From: Chrysomallon squamiferum
Taxonomy: Eukaryota > Animalia > Mollusca
Length of the DNA stretch: 64,000 bases
Direction of reading: 5' to 3'
NCBI GenBank assembly: GCA_012295275.1
Contig: CM022673.1
Coordinates: 186,001 to 250,000 of the forward strand
The position numbers and the translations under genes are program-made. Positions 24,832-37,900 of the stretch are shown here, in pieces; the stretch's first letter is position 1; the number at the start of each line of letters is the position of its first letter. The notes beneath the pieces were generated by a model, which worked only from the letters and a program-made list of their open reading frames with translations, had not been told where the DNA came from and made no database searches.

Positions 24832-27034
24832 TCACGAGGAATCTTCTTCATCACTGGCTGCGTCAAACATCTGAAAATAATTATAAAGGATCATTAAAAT
24901 GCAATTTAACATCATTATAATCATCTGGTTTTTTTTTTTTTTTTAATATACAGATGATTCTCCTTGCCATACAATAAACCAAAAAAAATAAACATTATGT
25001 TATTTTTTTTTTTTTAAATAATAGAAAATAAAAGAATATATTCTTTTAAAGATATTAATTAAAACATAAATACAACATAGCTATGAAGTGACATAATATA
25101 TTAAATACATACCCCAAGAAGATTTTTTGGCTCAATATTGTTCTTGGCCTCATCATCAGTAAAGATAACCTGAGGCGGAGAGTGATCAGTAAGACTGTCA
25201 ATGCTGCTGTCTAGTATTGGCTCAGGACTACACTTCCTACTGAAATGTCACATCACATTAAACAATATCACATATAAAAACGTTTCATAATTGTGTGTGT
25301 GTATGCATGCCTGGGCATCTAATTCATTTAAAATATTTAGTTAATAGTGCATGTCATGTGAATATCTGTGTTTAGATCAATGAAAATACTAGTTACACAA
25401 TTCAGTTTATTTCTGATCCAAATGACATGTGATACATCTTTTTCAATACAGCCAGTGAATGAAATCAAAGTGCTTGTATAACTGAACTGACTACTGATGT
25501 CAAGCTATAGTTTTTGTGCTACAAAGATCATCCCCTCCCAGCATGTTTGTAATGCTTGTAACACTTACAGATTAGACCCGGGTAAAACTGGAGATGAACT
25601 CATTGGTGTTGGCAGTGTGGGCGGTCGTTTCCTGATTACAGGAGTAGTGAAAGCACGTCTAGGCGGAGGTTTGCTGAAAATAAATCATTTTTTTAAAAAT
25701 AAGCATTAGATGCAAAGTTTTTCTGGGGGCAGTTGTATAAAAATATGTTCCCTCCCCCATGATTAAAAATGTGTTATCTAAAACAACCGTAATAACAGAA
25801 ATCAAGACAAAAAGAAAGTTATGATGTACATCAGAAAGCAGGCATGAACTCATACAGAGGGAGCCAAATTTTATCTGGAAACAGTTTTATCTGGGTGTTT
25901 ATACATACTCATGCATATCTCTATCTAAATATGCATAATTATGAAAATTCATTTTTTAGTTTTATAAGAGTATAGTGGGCTATCATCTGAACATAAATAC
26001 TTAGAAGTTTTGCTTTTTATTAATAAAAAGGGCTATTTTAAGGATCTAAATTGTTTTTAACTATAGTCTCACTTTTAATGTAAACTTTTAGAAAGAAAAA
26101 AAACAAGTGACTGACACGGTAAGAAAGCATTAATGTACTTACAAAGGTATAGCAAAGTCATCAGATGATGAAGATGTATCCAGAGGGACACCAACTGAGT
26201 TATTGTTGATGCTGACATCATCATCAAAGCAGTCATCTGGAGGAACAAAAAATACAATGTCAACAGTGACAAACAGAACACAAAATATGTCTTTATATTT
26301 GTTATATCAAATCTTCTAAAATATTAATTGACAAGTTACAGCAACATGAGTCAAATATGTAATTCCATGATATGCTGAACATAAAAAATTATGTATATGC
26401 CAAGGACTTAATTTCAGATTTTGTCTTTATATTTACCAGTTAGCAAAAAAAACACAAAAAAATAAATAAATAATAATAATAAAAAAAACAAAAATAAAAT
26501 AAATGAAAAAACATAAAATAAAATAATAAGAAAATAGTGTTTTATATCTAATAACAGTAAAAACCTAAAGGTGATATTAATCTCTATCAATATTACACAT
26601 CTCAGACAAACAAACTTTAAAACAAAAATTTTTCAAATTAAAAATTATACCATCAGAAATGCTGTGATCTCCTGAGCAAGTGGAATGACTGGTGTCACTG
26701 GGTAGAGACATTCGTGAAACACTTCGTCTTTTCCAGCAGATCACTGGGTATGTGAACACAGACAAGATGAGTGAAAGAAAATGCAAGATGGACCACAGAG
26801 TGGAGCGCACCTGAGATATCTGAAAATGTAAAAATATATATATTCATCACTTTTTTTTATAAAAATATTTGGATATGCATCCTTCTTCAGACAGATATAA
26901 AGCAGAACTCTCAAAGATGGATGAAGAAAATATAAGGATTAAACTAAATTTAAGTACATCACTGATATAAAAAATGTATAAATAAAAAATAAAAAATAAC
27001 ATATAGCAAATAGATATATTTCTACACAATGTTG

Positions 27035-27066
<32 letters not shown>

Positions 27067-29096
27067 GTTTAAATTTATTTATGCAATAAATTTAATATAC
27101 TTACAGCATTCTTGATCATATATTCCCGCATTCTTCGCTTCCAAACCTGTAGATAAAACAATTAAACAGTCTTTTACTTTGTTTGTTATAGTTAGATTAT
27201 CAATCCACCCCACCCAAAATACAAGTGAAATCATAGTAAGAGAGTATAAATGATAGACAAGAGAAATAAAATAATTTTAAAAATTAAAACAAAATGTACT
27301 TGACTGACAAAAACTCGAGGTATTAAATCATCCATAAAATGTCTTAATTGCATTAACAGTTTCATGAAGCTAAACAAAAGCATATTTTTTTAAAACAAAT
27401 TGCATGCAATTAAATTCTTACCCTTTTATTTAGAGAGAGTTTCCTGTGATTTTAATGTAATAACAACATTTAATACAAGGAAAAGAAATGGAAACAGTGT
27501 TTAAACTGGTGTTCAACAATTACCTTTCGAATGCAGGGGAAAGCCATCAACTGATCAACAGTAGGACGACTTCTGGGATCAGGATCCATCATTTGTTGAA
27601 TGACGTATTTCAAATCAAATGATTTCTCTGAAAAGTAACACAATTTTTTTTTTTTTAAATATTAATTCAAATGTATTAAGACGTAAATGAATATTTTTAA
27701 TATTAGCTTCAATTAAAAAGTGAAAAACATTTATAACATATACTGTTTAAAAAATATATATAAATCTTCTTACATATTTAATAAACCTCAATCAATTTAG
27801 CAAAACTCTGGCCATACATTTATATGAAGAAATTAGATGATTAAGTAATAATCTTCATGATTTAAAATTATAATCAATGAATTCTCATTTGTTGGAATGG
27901 TAACATACTTCGGAGGAACTCCTCTGGTATTTGTCCTCTTCGCAGTATGTGCCAGCCCTCTCCACCACGAGGTAGATCCAGATCACTGGCCAGCTCCAAA
28001 ATGGTCATTCCCAAACTTAAATGTAAATTAGCTATGATAATAAAATGGATATTAAACATTACTTTCCTGAATTTTCATTTATCTAAATAGGACAAGTAAA
28101 TGCTGAAATCTGACTTTCCATCAAAATCTTTTGTGAACGTAACAACATGTGAATTATAACCCAGACAAATACAAAATTAATAATAATCATGACAACAACA
28201 AAAAAAAAAACCCATACATACATACATATGGTGCAAGTTCAATGAAAGGATGGTACAGAAAATGTTCAATGAAGGGATGGTACAGAAAATGTTCAGGGTA
28301 CAAGTACTTTCAACAGTGTTCAAATTAATTGTTTGCAAAAATACTCCTATAAACAATTGTATCAAATGCATTAACTATTAACAAGTTTGCAATATAATAA
28401 AGTCAAATTGTCTGTTGTCATAGTGTTTTCTCTGGTTGTTCTGTGAATTATATTCTTTACATGAATATATTTATACAAAATAATATACATATACACACAC
28501 ACACACACATATATTGTTTGATAACCTTCTGTATATATTAATTACTATATATACATGTTTGTATGTGTGTGAAATTGGAGACTGTTTTCATTGCTCTGAA
28601 AGTAAAAAATCACCACACAGTATGATAATGAATATTTATGAGAACATGCACTGTTAATAATAATTATTTCTATATTGTGCAGATCGAACACACATCTTTT
28701 TTCAAAGGACAAAGACAATATTTAGAAAAGTTGTGTTTGTATCTAGGATAACAATTATTATAAAGTTACATGTTCAAAAACTTGTAGCGATCACTGAAAT
28801 TCATGTGCAGTAGTTTAGCTGCACAGCGCCTGCTGCAGTAGCCTTGATTACACATCGTGAGAAGCAGCAAATTTCATAGGAATCAGATTGCATCCCTTTG
28901 TAAATATGACAGTTGTTGCTTCAGATTACATTTTTTTTTTTTTTCAGGGACAAGGAACGTGAACTGCTGACCCAGCAAGTGCAAAACAATGGCATGCTGA
29001 TATTGCTGCCATTATTGATAAATGGTGGGCAAACTCGTTGTCAGCCGTAAGTGATGGCAAGCTCGCCATCTCTTACAGTATGTAGCGAGACCTCTG

Positions 29097-29128
<32 letters not shown>

Positions 29129-31860
29129 CATAATTATATAAAAAAATAAAATAAATAAAAATCTGAATTTATGCAATAGGCTTTATTACTTTGAAAAAAA
29201 AATAAAAAATAAAAAATAAAATAAAAAATAGAGGTAATAACTTACCTGAAAATGTCAGCAGGTTTGCCAAACTTTCCTTGCATCAACTCTGGTGCTAGGT
29301 ATTTGGGGTCCCCTTCCTGAGCTTCAGATAAATCATTGCACTTTGACAGGTCTATGACGAGACCAAAATCTCCAAGCTTACACACACCATCAATAGAAAC
29401 AAATATATTGTCTGGTTTAATATCCATGTGCACCAGGTTATGGTCATGAAGATGTTTCACAGCCTGTAAATTTATTTTAGAAAAATGTAATAAAAAAATT
29501 ATTATTATTTTAGGATTGTGTCACGCTAGCAATATTTCATTGAAAATAATATTTTATGTTTTAATCAAATTAAGAAATTTAGGAGGTGCTTTTTATTAAA
29601 ATAAAAAAGCTTTACATTAATGTGTAAATTCAAGTAAAAGTTAAAACAACTCTCCAAAGAATTAGTTTTTACATACCATAAACATATTAAGCACATTTAA
29701 TCTAGATCGATGTAACCTATTTCAGAACTTACCATTAACAAATCTACTAGGTAATTCCATAAAGTAGATTCAGAGAAATCATGGTAACTGTAAGCAAGAT
29801 CACTCAAACTGCAAGAAGAAAATGGCATTAAAAGTCCAACATTTTTTTTGTTATTCTTTAAAATGAAAAAATGTATGAAAAAGTAAATTTAGTCTTTACA
29901 GTATATCATATTTTTTATGTATGCATATTCCTCCAGAAATAGACCAAATATCTTTTGGTATATATTCTGCAAATATTTAAAAAGAAATATAATTTTGAAT
30001 ACTGGAATAAATTTTCATTTTCTGTTTTGTTTTATACATACATACATACATACTTAGCTACATTTCATTAAAATTTCTTACCAAGTGTTTGGCAGTTTTG
30101 TTTTACCATGCAAACTGCTATCTACAGATAAATAATTAATAATGTTAACATACCATGACTGACAGAGTTCTGTTTGAATATAAAGATGCTGCCGCTCTTC
30201 CCAAGCTTTGTACAGTTTCACACAATTTGGATGAGGAGGAAGAATCTCATTCTTAGCAACTTCTTCAAGTTTGCGTCGTCTGAAATAATAAAAAATTAAA
30301 TCTGAGATTTAGTATGAAGTTCAACAAATTATTCCACTTTCTAGATATATCCATGCATGACAAAAATTGTATTTACCATCTGTGGCTGTAAAATAATATA
30401 TTTATTTTTTCTTGACATGTTGGTTGTGTTTTTGGTTTTGTTTTACTGAATAACTTGATGATAAAATTATTCCACTTCCAGTTAATAACAAATTGAATAT
30501 TTTATTACATAATGTACACAACTGATTTGGATTTATAGAGAAAATAAATCTGAGAAAAAGACAATGCCAAGATTAGTGAAGTGGTATTATAAATTATGAC
30601 TGTTCTGACATAAACAATAACATTCGATACTCCCAAATAAATTATGAAAATGTATTTATTATGTTTAGTTCACCAATTAATTCTTCATTAAAAATCTGAA
30701 GTATAAAAATAAAGTAGTCAGATCTGTCTTACACTGCTCTTAATAGTAAAACTTGTTTTGTTGCTGTTGTTGTTTCTTACCTATCTGATTCCCCTCGAAA
30801 TCTTTCTTGAGATTTCTTTACAGCATAAAGTCGGCCATCTTCTCGACTTCGAACTTTAAAAACCTTGAAAACAGATTTTTTAAGTTTTACCAGAATAAGT
30901 TCAATTCAGATGCTACACCATAAGCAAAACAATATGAAATATTAAGAAAATAAGTAAAATTATTAATTTCTTTGATAACAAACACTAATCACTCATTCAT
31001 GAGTTTAGTGAAAATTTTAGATGTTATTCACCAGTTATAAACTTAAATAAACAACATATAAATCTAATATTATTATGATTATAAAACAAGCAATACTGAC
31101 TCACCTCTCCAAAAGAACCAGCTCCAAGTTTACTTATGACTTCAAAACACTGGTTGAAATACAAATCACGACTCTGTTCATTATACCTTTTACTCAAAAA
31201 AGCTGTAAAACTTGTTAAAGAAAATGACTCTACATTTTGTTAGATTATCCTCTATCAGGATGAAAATAAAACAATTTTTTATTACCCCCCCCCAACAAAT
31301 AATGTTAATGTTCACCACATAAATATTTATAATTTTTGGGGGTACTTTGAGAAACAAGGATACAGTTTTCTGAGCTCCTGAAAGAAACAACTTGAGCTCT
31401 TTGTATTGGACGATGAGGAAAAATTCTGCTGATAGGAGGAGCACTCTTCACTGGTGGTCGGGGTGGTGCAGAGTCTCGTGGGGTCCCTCTTTGCTGGAAA
31501 GAAGAAATTAATATAAAAATGAAACTAAAAAAGTAAAAACAGATATAATTTTATCTGACTAAAAACTAAAGATTACTTTTAATGTATATTATAAAATATT
31601 AATAACTAAATTTGTAATTAAATAACTGCATAATTTTGAAATTTTGTTAAAATCTGCCATAAATGTTTAAGTACACCTTAAGCATTGTTAAAGATTGAAG
31701 TAGTTTTACAATACATTATTATTATAGTTTATACAAGTTATATCAGGTGTCATTAGTCAATCATGTCAGTGTATTATGTAGTCTTCTGTCTAAATCCTGT
31801 AATCACTGATTAATCAGATTTCGATTTTACTCAGATTACTATAAAAAATATAAAAAATTG

Positions 31861-31923
<63 letters not shown>

Positions 31924-31982
31924 AATAAATAAAAAAATGAAGTATTATGAATGCATTAAAATATGATATACGTATTTATATA

Positions 31983-32013
<31 letters not shown>

Positions 32014-32123
32014 AACAGACATTGTCACTTTACAAATGAACTAACCTTTTTCGTGGAAAATGTGTCCAAATCTTTAAAGAAGTGAGGAGTTGGACGAGGT
32101 GTGGATAATGATGCAGCGTCCAT
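24832..32123 (-). CDS. PKMYT1: Membrane-associated tyrosine/threonine Cdk1-inhibitory kinase Myt1 (531 aa, 15 coding exons)
   Basis: Exons 32123-32046, 31493-31364, 31202-31105, 30863-30781, 30279-30154, 29808-29733, 29463-29246, 28015-27909, 27627-27524, 27146-27105, 26819-26651, 26236-26143, 25673-25569, 25239-25113, 24870-24832 (1596 nt, phases consistent). Motifs: [76 protein letters not shown], membrane segment LWSILHFLSLILSVFTYPVIC, C-terminal PKNLLGMFD (RNL-like). Confidence 0.96.
31203..31363 (-). other. U12-type (minor spliceosome) GT-AG intron, PKMYT1 intron 2
   Basis: 5' end GTATCCTTG. Branch-site-like TTCTTTAAC (31222-31214) ends 11 nt before the exon. Phase 1 joins the exons in frame (..SSENSFLSKRY..). 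Confidence 0.8.
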
Positions 32124-32199
32124 CTTTAGAAGTCACCTATTTCTTTCAAATGAGCCTGTTGATAAAAATACCAATAACATTTTGCGAGCAACATCAAAG

Positions 32200-33460
32200 T
32201 TATAGACAAAACAGTGTAATTTTGTAACTCAAATTCATCCAAATTCCGTGTTGCTGTGAAATCACCAAACTGACACTTTGGCGGTCTTTTCTTCCTATAT
32301 GTACTGTGCCTTTTGGTTGGCTAATGGGAGAAAAACACGGTGTAAATCGTATTTTACTACTTCGAAAGCACGGGTTTTGTCCGACAGCTCCCGATATACT
32401 GATATGCGACAAACAAATGGTTACAGAACTAATTAAAATATTTCAATTAAGTTTTTGTAAGTTTCTGATGAACTAAATAAACAACGAGAATTAAAGACTA
32501 ATCAACAAATTATTATAAATCGATTATCCAATCACAATTGACGTTACATACTAAACGGTTACAACCAAATTAGTTTCCACAAAAAGTTTATCCATTTTGA
32601 TACCGAAGTATTATGGTGTGTTTTGTGTTGCTGCTTTTATTCTACTAGCAGCAACAATAACGTATCATTGTTATGGTATAAAATAAACAAATTTTATTTT
32701 TTAATTAAACATATTGGCCTTTATGGAAACTTTTTTGTTGTAGTTATTATATATTTATATATCTCTTTTTTACACAAAATGTTCAGTATACACGGTCAAC
32801 ACGGTATACGAGATCTTTCAAATTTGTATTTTTTTAATTTCATGTAATGTTTTTAAATACTGTTGTATTTACACTTCAATATAAACACATGTAATTACGT
32901 ACTTATGGTCGTTTCTTTTAATTTGTAAGAGTTAAAATGATAATATTAAACCACCTGCATAATTCCAAAACTGATGCACTGAAAAGCATTTGTAAACTCA
33001 GACAAAATCCTTCATAACAGTAACATAATCAAGACGAAGCCAGTTGCTCCTATTACACTTGTATTGACTTTTTAAATGTAATTTGTTGATACTGATGTAA
33101 CATTTCTTAAATTCTGATTTGTGAAATCATATTAGATTATTAAAATGTATTTATTTTTTACTTGTGTCCTCAGAAAAAACATTGTCTTACAATATTTATT
33201 TATTTATTATTTTTGTTTAATTAGTAGTAGTAGTAATAAATTAATTAATTTAAAAAAAAAAAAAAAACCAACCATGTATCATATATCGCTCGAGGCAAAT
33301 TTACATGAGGCTTAAATTTGAGGTGCACCTAAGTTTTTTAAGGGAGAGAACTATGTGATTTTTACTTACGACCAAGAAGAGTGAAAATCAAAGGAATATG
33401 TGAAACTTAAAAGTCGATTATATGTCTTTTATTATATGTTTAGTTTATAATTTAAAGTAA
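32200..33460. promoter_or_regulatory. Head-to-head promoter interval PKMYT1 (-) / MFAP1 (+)
   Basis: CpG-retaining patch. E2F-type TTTGGCGG at 32277-32284 and CCAAT at ~32528. MFAP1 5' UTR donor AAA|GTAAGT at 33456/33457 pairs with an acceptor at 33900. Confidence 0.5.
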
Positions 33461-33840
33461 GTGTCTCAGTCAGTAATAACTATGTAATTATGATTAATAA
33501 CTATTTTTTTTTTTTTTTTGGTAAATAGAGAAATTCACGTTTGAGAAATAATAAAAAAATTAGGTTTGGATTCGTCAATATTCAGTGATTGCAAATTTTT
33601 TATGCACAAGCTTGTAGAGTTTTTGCAGATAGATATCTTATTTGTTGGTAACATTAGTGTTGATATAGATTTCCAAAGGTATAAGCAGATTTCAGAATAT
33701 GTTTATATAAATTATAAATCACTATATTATGTATATAATATATCACTATATCAGTGTATGTTTGCATAGAAATAATAACAATAATAATTAAATCTGCTAT
33801 TGGTATTTCTGTTAATATATATTTATTATTATTATTATTA

Positions 33841-33878
<38 letters not shown>

Positions 33879-33951
33879 TATTATTATCTTTTTTTTACAG
33901 TAACATTGACTGAAGTTGTGCTTTCCATAAACAACAGTTTAATACTTCAGA

Positions 33952-34885
33952 ATGGCTCTTCCAATGTCAAAAGTTCCCATCCAGTCCACAGCCGGGGCAG
34001 TCACCATTCGCAATGAAAAAGGTACATCAAACAAAATTAACTGTACATAAACAGTATATATGTATCCAGTATAAGTTAGATTAGAAAGTACTAAATAATG
34101 AAGATTTTTGGTGAATTAATAATACATTAAGTTACACAATGCTTATAATAGATATTCCTTGAATATATTTATCAACAGTTTAGAATGGTGTACATTTTCA
34201 ACTATTGAGATATATGTATAAATTATTTTAAGTTTTATAGTTTCAAAAATGTGGTTTATTAAAAGATAAATAATTTTTGATGTACATTTTCTTAATCTTC
34301 AAATATATAAATTACAATATGGTATACTATACAATATACTATAATAAATGTTGATAAATTAAAAAATAAATAATATGTATTTATAAATTATTATTCTGTC
34401 TATAGTATCATTAAGAACTTTTTGTTGCTTAAAGTTTGATAGTTGTTGATATTCATTTCAAAAGTATTTGACAAACAGTTTTTTTAATTATTATTATTAC
34501 TTAAATCAGTTTTAATTTAAATAACAGTATATAACACCAGTTAACAAAACATTTTGTGCTTAAATTGCAGAATATATAAATTTTTAGTCCATGCAATTAA
34601 TACTATATTAAACATTAACAGACTTATTGAAATAAAATGTATATATTTCTGTAGGTGACTTAACTATGGAGAAGGTGAAGGTCAGTCGGTATGTGACTGG
34701 TAAACGCCCCGAGTTTGCACCTGAGAGTGACAGTGATGAGGATGATGAACCATTTGATATTAACAAAAAGACTGCACCTTCGGAGCTGGTGGAACAGGAG
34801 GATGTTCAAATGGATGTGTCAGACAGACGTCTACGTCGGCTACGTGAACGTAAAGTTGACTTGAGCGATGATGAAGATGATAGGT

Positions 34886-34916
<31 letters not shown>

Positions 34917-37900
34917 TAATATACATTGATATTTTATTTACATACACACATACATCAGTTTATTATCACAGTTGTTTACAACATTTAAATATGCATTCAT
35001 ATCTAAGTAGCTATGATTATGACTATAAATATAAGTAGATATAGATGGGATCGAGTTGATGTCTAAATGTTGAAACATGCATTGCAAATTACATTTCACA
35101 TTTTATCAGTAATAACAAAATGTCCTTGTACATGATATCTACATCTCCTTTTATGTGGTTGTAATTTCTGTATTTCTTAATAACTGATTACTTCAATGTA
35201 TTTGTATTTGTTTCTGCATAACAACCATTAAATTCATTGACTGGTGCTGCTTTTTAATAACTGAATGAATCGTGTTTCCAGAGTGGCACGGCACAGGCGA
35301 GAGGTCATTGAACCCGAAGTGGTCCAGGAAGTGTCGGAAGATGAAAGTCGTTTCAAAGGCAAAGATGATGAAGAATCCAGTGAAGAAGAAGAAGAGCTGG
35401 ACGAAGAGGCGAGTTTTCACTATTACTTGATCAGATAGTGATACAAGTATTTATATTTATTACTTTTTTTTTTTTTTTTTTTTTTAAACACTGAATAGCC
35501 AGCTGTTTATATGTGCTGAGATACTTTTGATCATCATTTCATTAATTAACAATATTCATTATAGAAGTAGATGAAGAAAAATTATCTAAATATTAATGTT
35601 CATAAAGGAGAATTATCTAATATGAATGTTTATAATGGAGAATTATCTAAGTATTAATCTTTATAATGGAAAATTATCTAAGTATTAATATTTATAATGG
35701 AAAATTATGTAAACATTAATATTTATAAAGGAAAATTAACTAAATACTAATGTTTATCATGGATGATTATCTAAATACTAATAAATATAATGGATGATTA
35801 ATTAATTTGTAATGTTTATAATGAATAATTATCTAAATATTAATGTTTATTATGGATAATTTTCTATTAATATTTATTATGGACATTTATCTAAACAATA
35901 ATGTTTATAATGAGTAAAATATTTTTTTCATTAGGAAATTGAGCGGAGGAGAATCATGCTTCGTCAGCGAGCCCTACAGAAGAGACAGGAAGAGGAAGAA
36001 GTGAGTTGTTTTGCTGCCTATCAATATCACACACATCTCTCTCTAACTAATCTCTTAAACAGTGTCAGTAAAACTCACCAAACTACATGATTCTTGGTTT
36101 AAGTTTAAAAAAACAAATTTTTTCTTGATAGGGTTTCTAATTTCTAATATTTAAATATTTCAGAATTGCTAATAAAGGATTGCAGACAACAACATTAAAG
36201 GGGTTGTATGTGAGAAACGTATGGTTTGTGGTGTAATTTTTTTTTTTTTTTTTCTGATTGTAGGAGGTTTTGAGGGTAGAAGAAGAGAAATCTGACAAGG
36301 AGAGTGAAGAAGAATCGTCAGAGTATGAAGAATATTCAGACTCTGAGGAGGAAACTGGTCCCAGGCTGAAACCTGTCTTTGTTAGAAAGTTAGTAAATAA
36401 TTTCTTATTTTTTGTAAGAGTGTTAGTAAATCGTTTCTAGATTTTTTAAAATAAGTAAGTAATTCCTACATTTTTATTAGAATATCGGTAAATGATTTTT
36501 CAAGTTTTCTTTGTAAATGTTTTCTAACCTTTAGTTAGAATGTTAGTAAATCATTTCTTAATTTTTGTAAGAAAATTAGTAAATTGTTTCTTGATTTTTT
36601 AATAAGTAAGTCATTTACTACGTTTTCATTTAGAAATTGGTAAATAATTTTTAGATTTTTTTAAAAGTTATAAGTAATATCTTACATTTTTAGGAAATTT
36701 TTAAATAATTTTTTTTATTATTACTGTTTGGGAACACAGTTTTCAATTTTTTTTTGTTTAAAATTGATATTATTACAGTTTATTTATTTATTTATTAATA
36801 CACTGGAAGTAAAGTGAATCATGATGCTGTTATGTTATACATGCTCATTTTTAAACTTACTGTTCCTCAGACGTGATCGGGTAACTATACAAGAAAAAGA
36901 AAGAGAAGAACTACGGCAAAAAGAGTTGGAACTGGAAAAAAAGAAAGTAGCAGAAGAGAGAAGAAAACAGACATTAAAGGTGAAATTTTCTGCATTAGCA
37001 ATTTCTGAAACAAGTCTTTAATAGTCTCTTACCTCTATTTGTAGATATCATTTTATGATAAATTTAACTGAATTAAAATGTGAATATAAGATCATTTTAA
37101 ACAGTAACTATAAAATGGGATCACGCACACTTTATAATTGTAATTCATCAGCTCATCTTGTGAAAAGGTTTGAATTAATTTGCACTTAACTTTAATTAAA
37201 ATGAATCAACACTGCAAAGAATTAAACATGTTTTAACATATGCATAAATAGAATTTATATAATTATTTATATTATATATATATATATATATATAGATATA
37301 TATATCCTCAAACATCTTTTTGTCTTTTTAATCCACGTCTGGAAATTTGAAAGAACAATTTTTTTTTGTTTACCTACATTTATATGGATAAAATGCAAAT
37401 TTATATATAAAGACATCCAAGCACACTCACACACACATGCATGTGCTTTCACATGTCCTGTAAGCGTATATTCACAAGTGCATTATTGATTAGATTGTAG
37501 AAAATGAAGCTCGTAAAGAGTTTGAAGAACAGCGTAGTATCCTGGACGCTGCTGATCAGGTTCCAACTGATGATGAGAATGATGAGGAAGAGTACGAGGC
37601 GTGGAAGGTGCGAGAGTTGAAACGACTCAAACGTGATCGAGAGGAGAGAGAAAAGTAAGTTCTGATCTCTGTGTTTATAAAGTTTTATCTCACGTATTTA
37701 CGTACAACATTTATGTCCTGTATTTATGTACAAAGTTTTATCTAATATATTTATCATGGTTGTGTAGAAAGTTTTATCTAACATATTTATCATGGTTATG
37801 TATAAAGTTTTGTTTCACATAATTCTGCTGGTTATGTTAGAGTTTAAAGTAACTGTCACAGACTAAATCTATCATAGCCATGCTGGAAATAATCTTTGAC

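Noticed and set aside
31190-31444. 84-aa ORF and the GTACCC donor at 31345 as the PKMYT1 exon 2 end
   Set aside because: The ORF is in the wrong frame. GTACCC is a poor U2 donor, whereas GTATCCTT plus the branch site fits U12 and gives better ortholog spacing.
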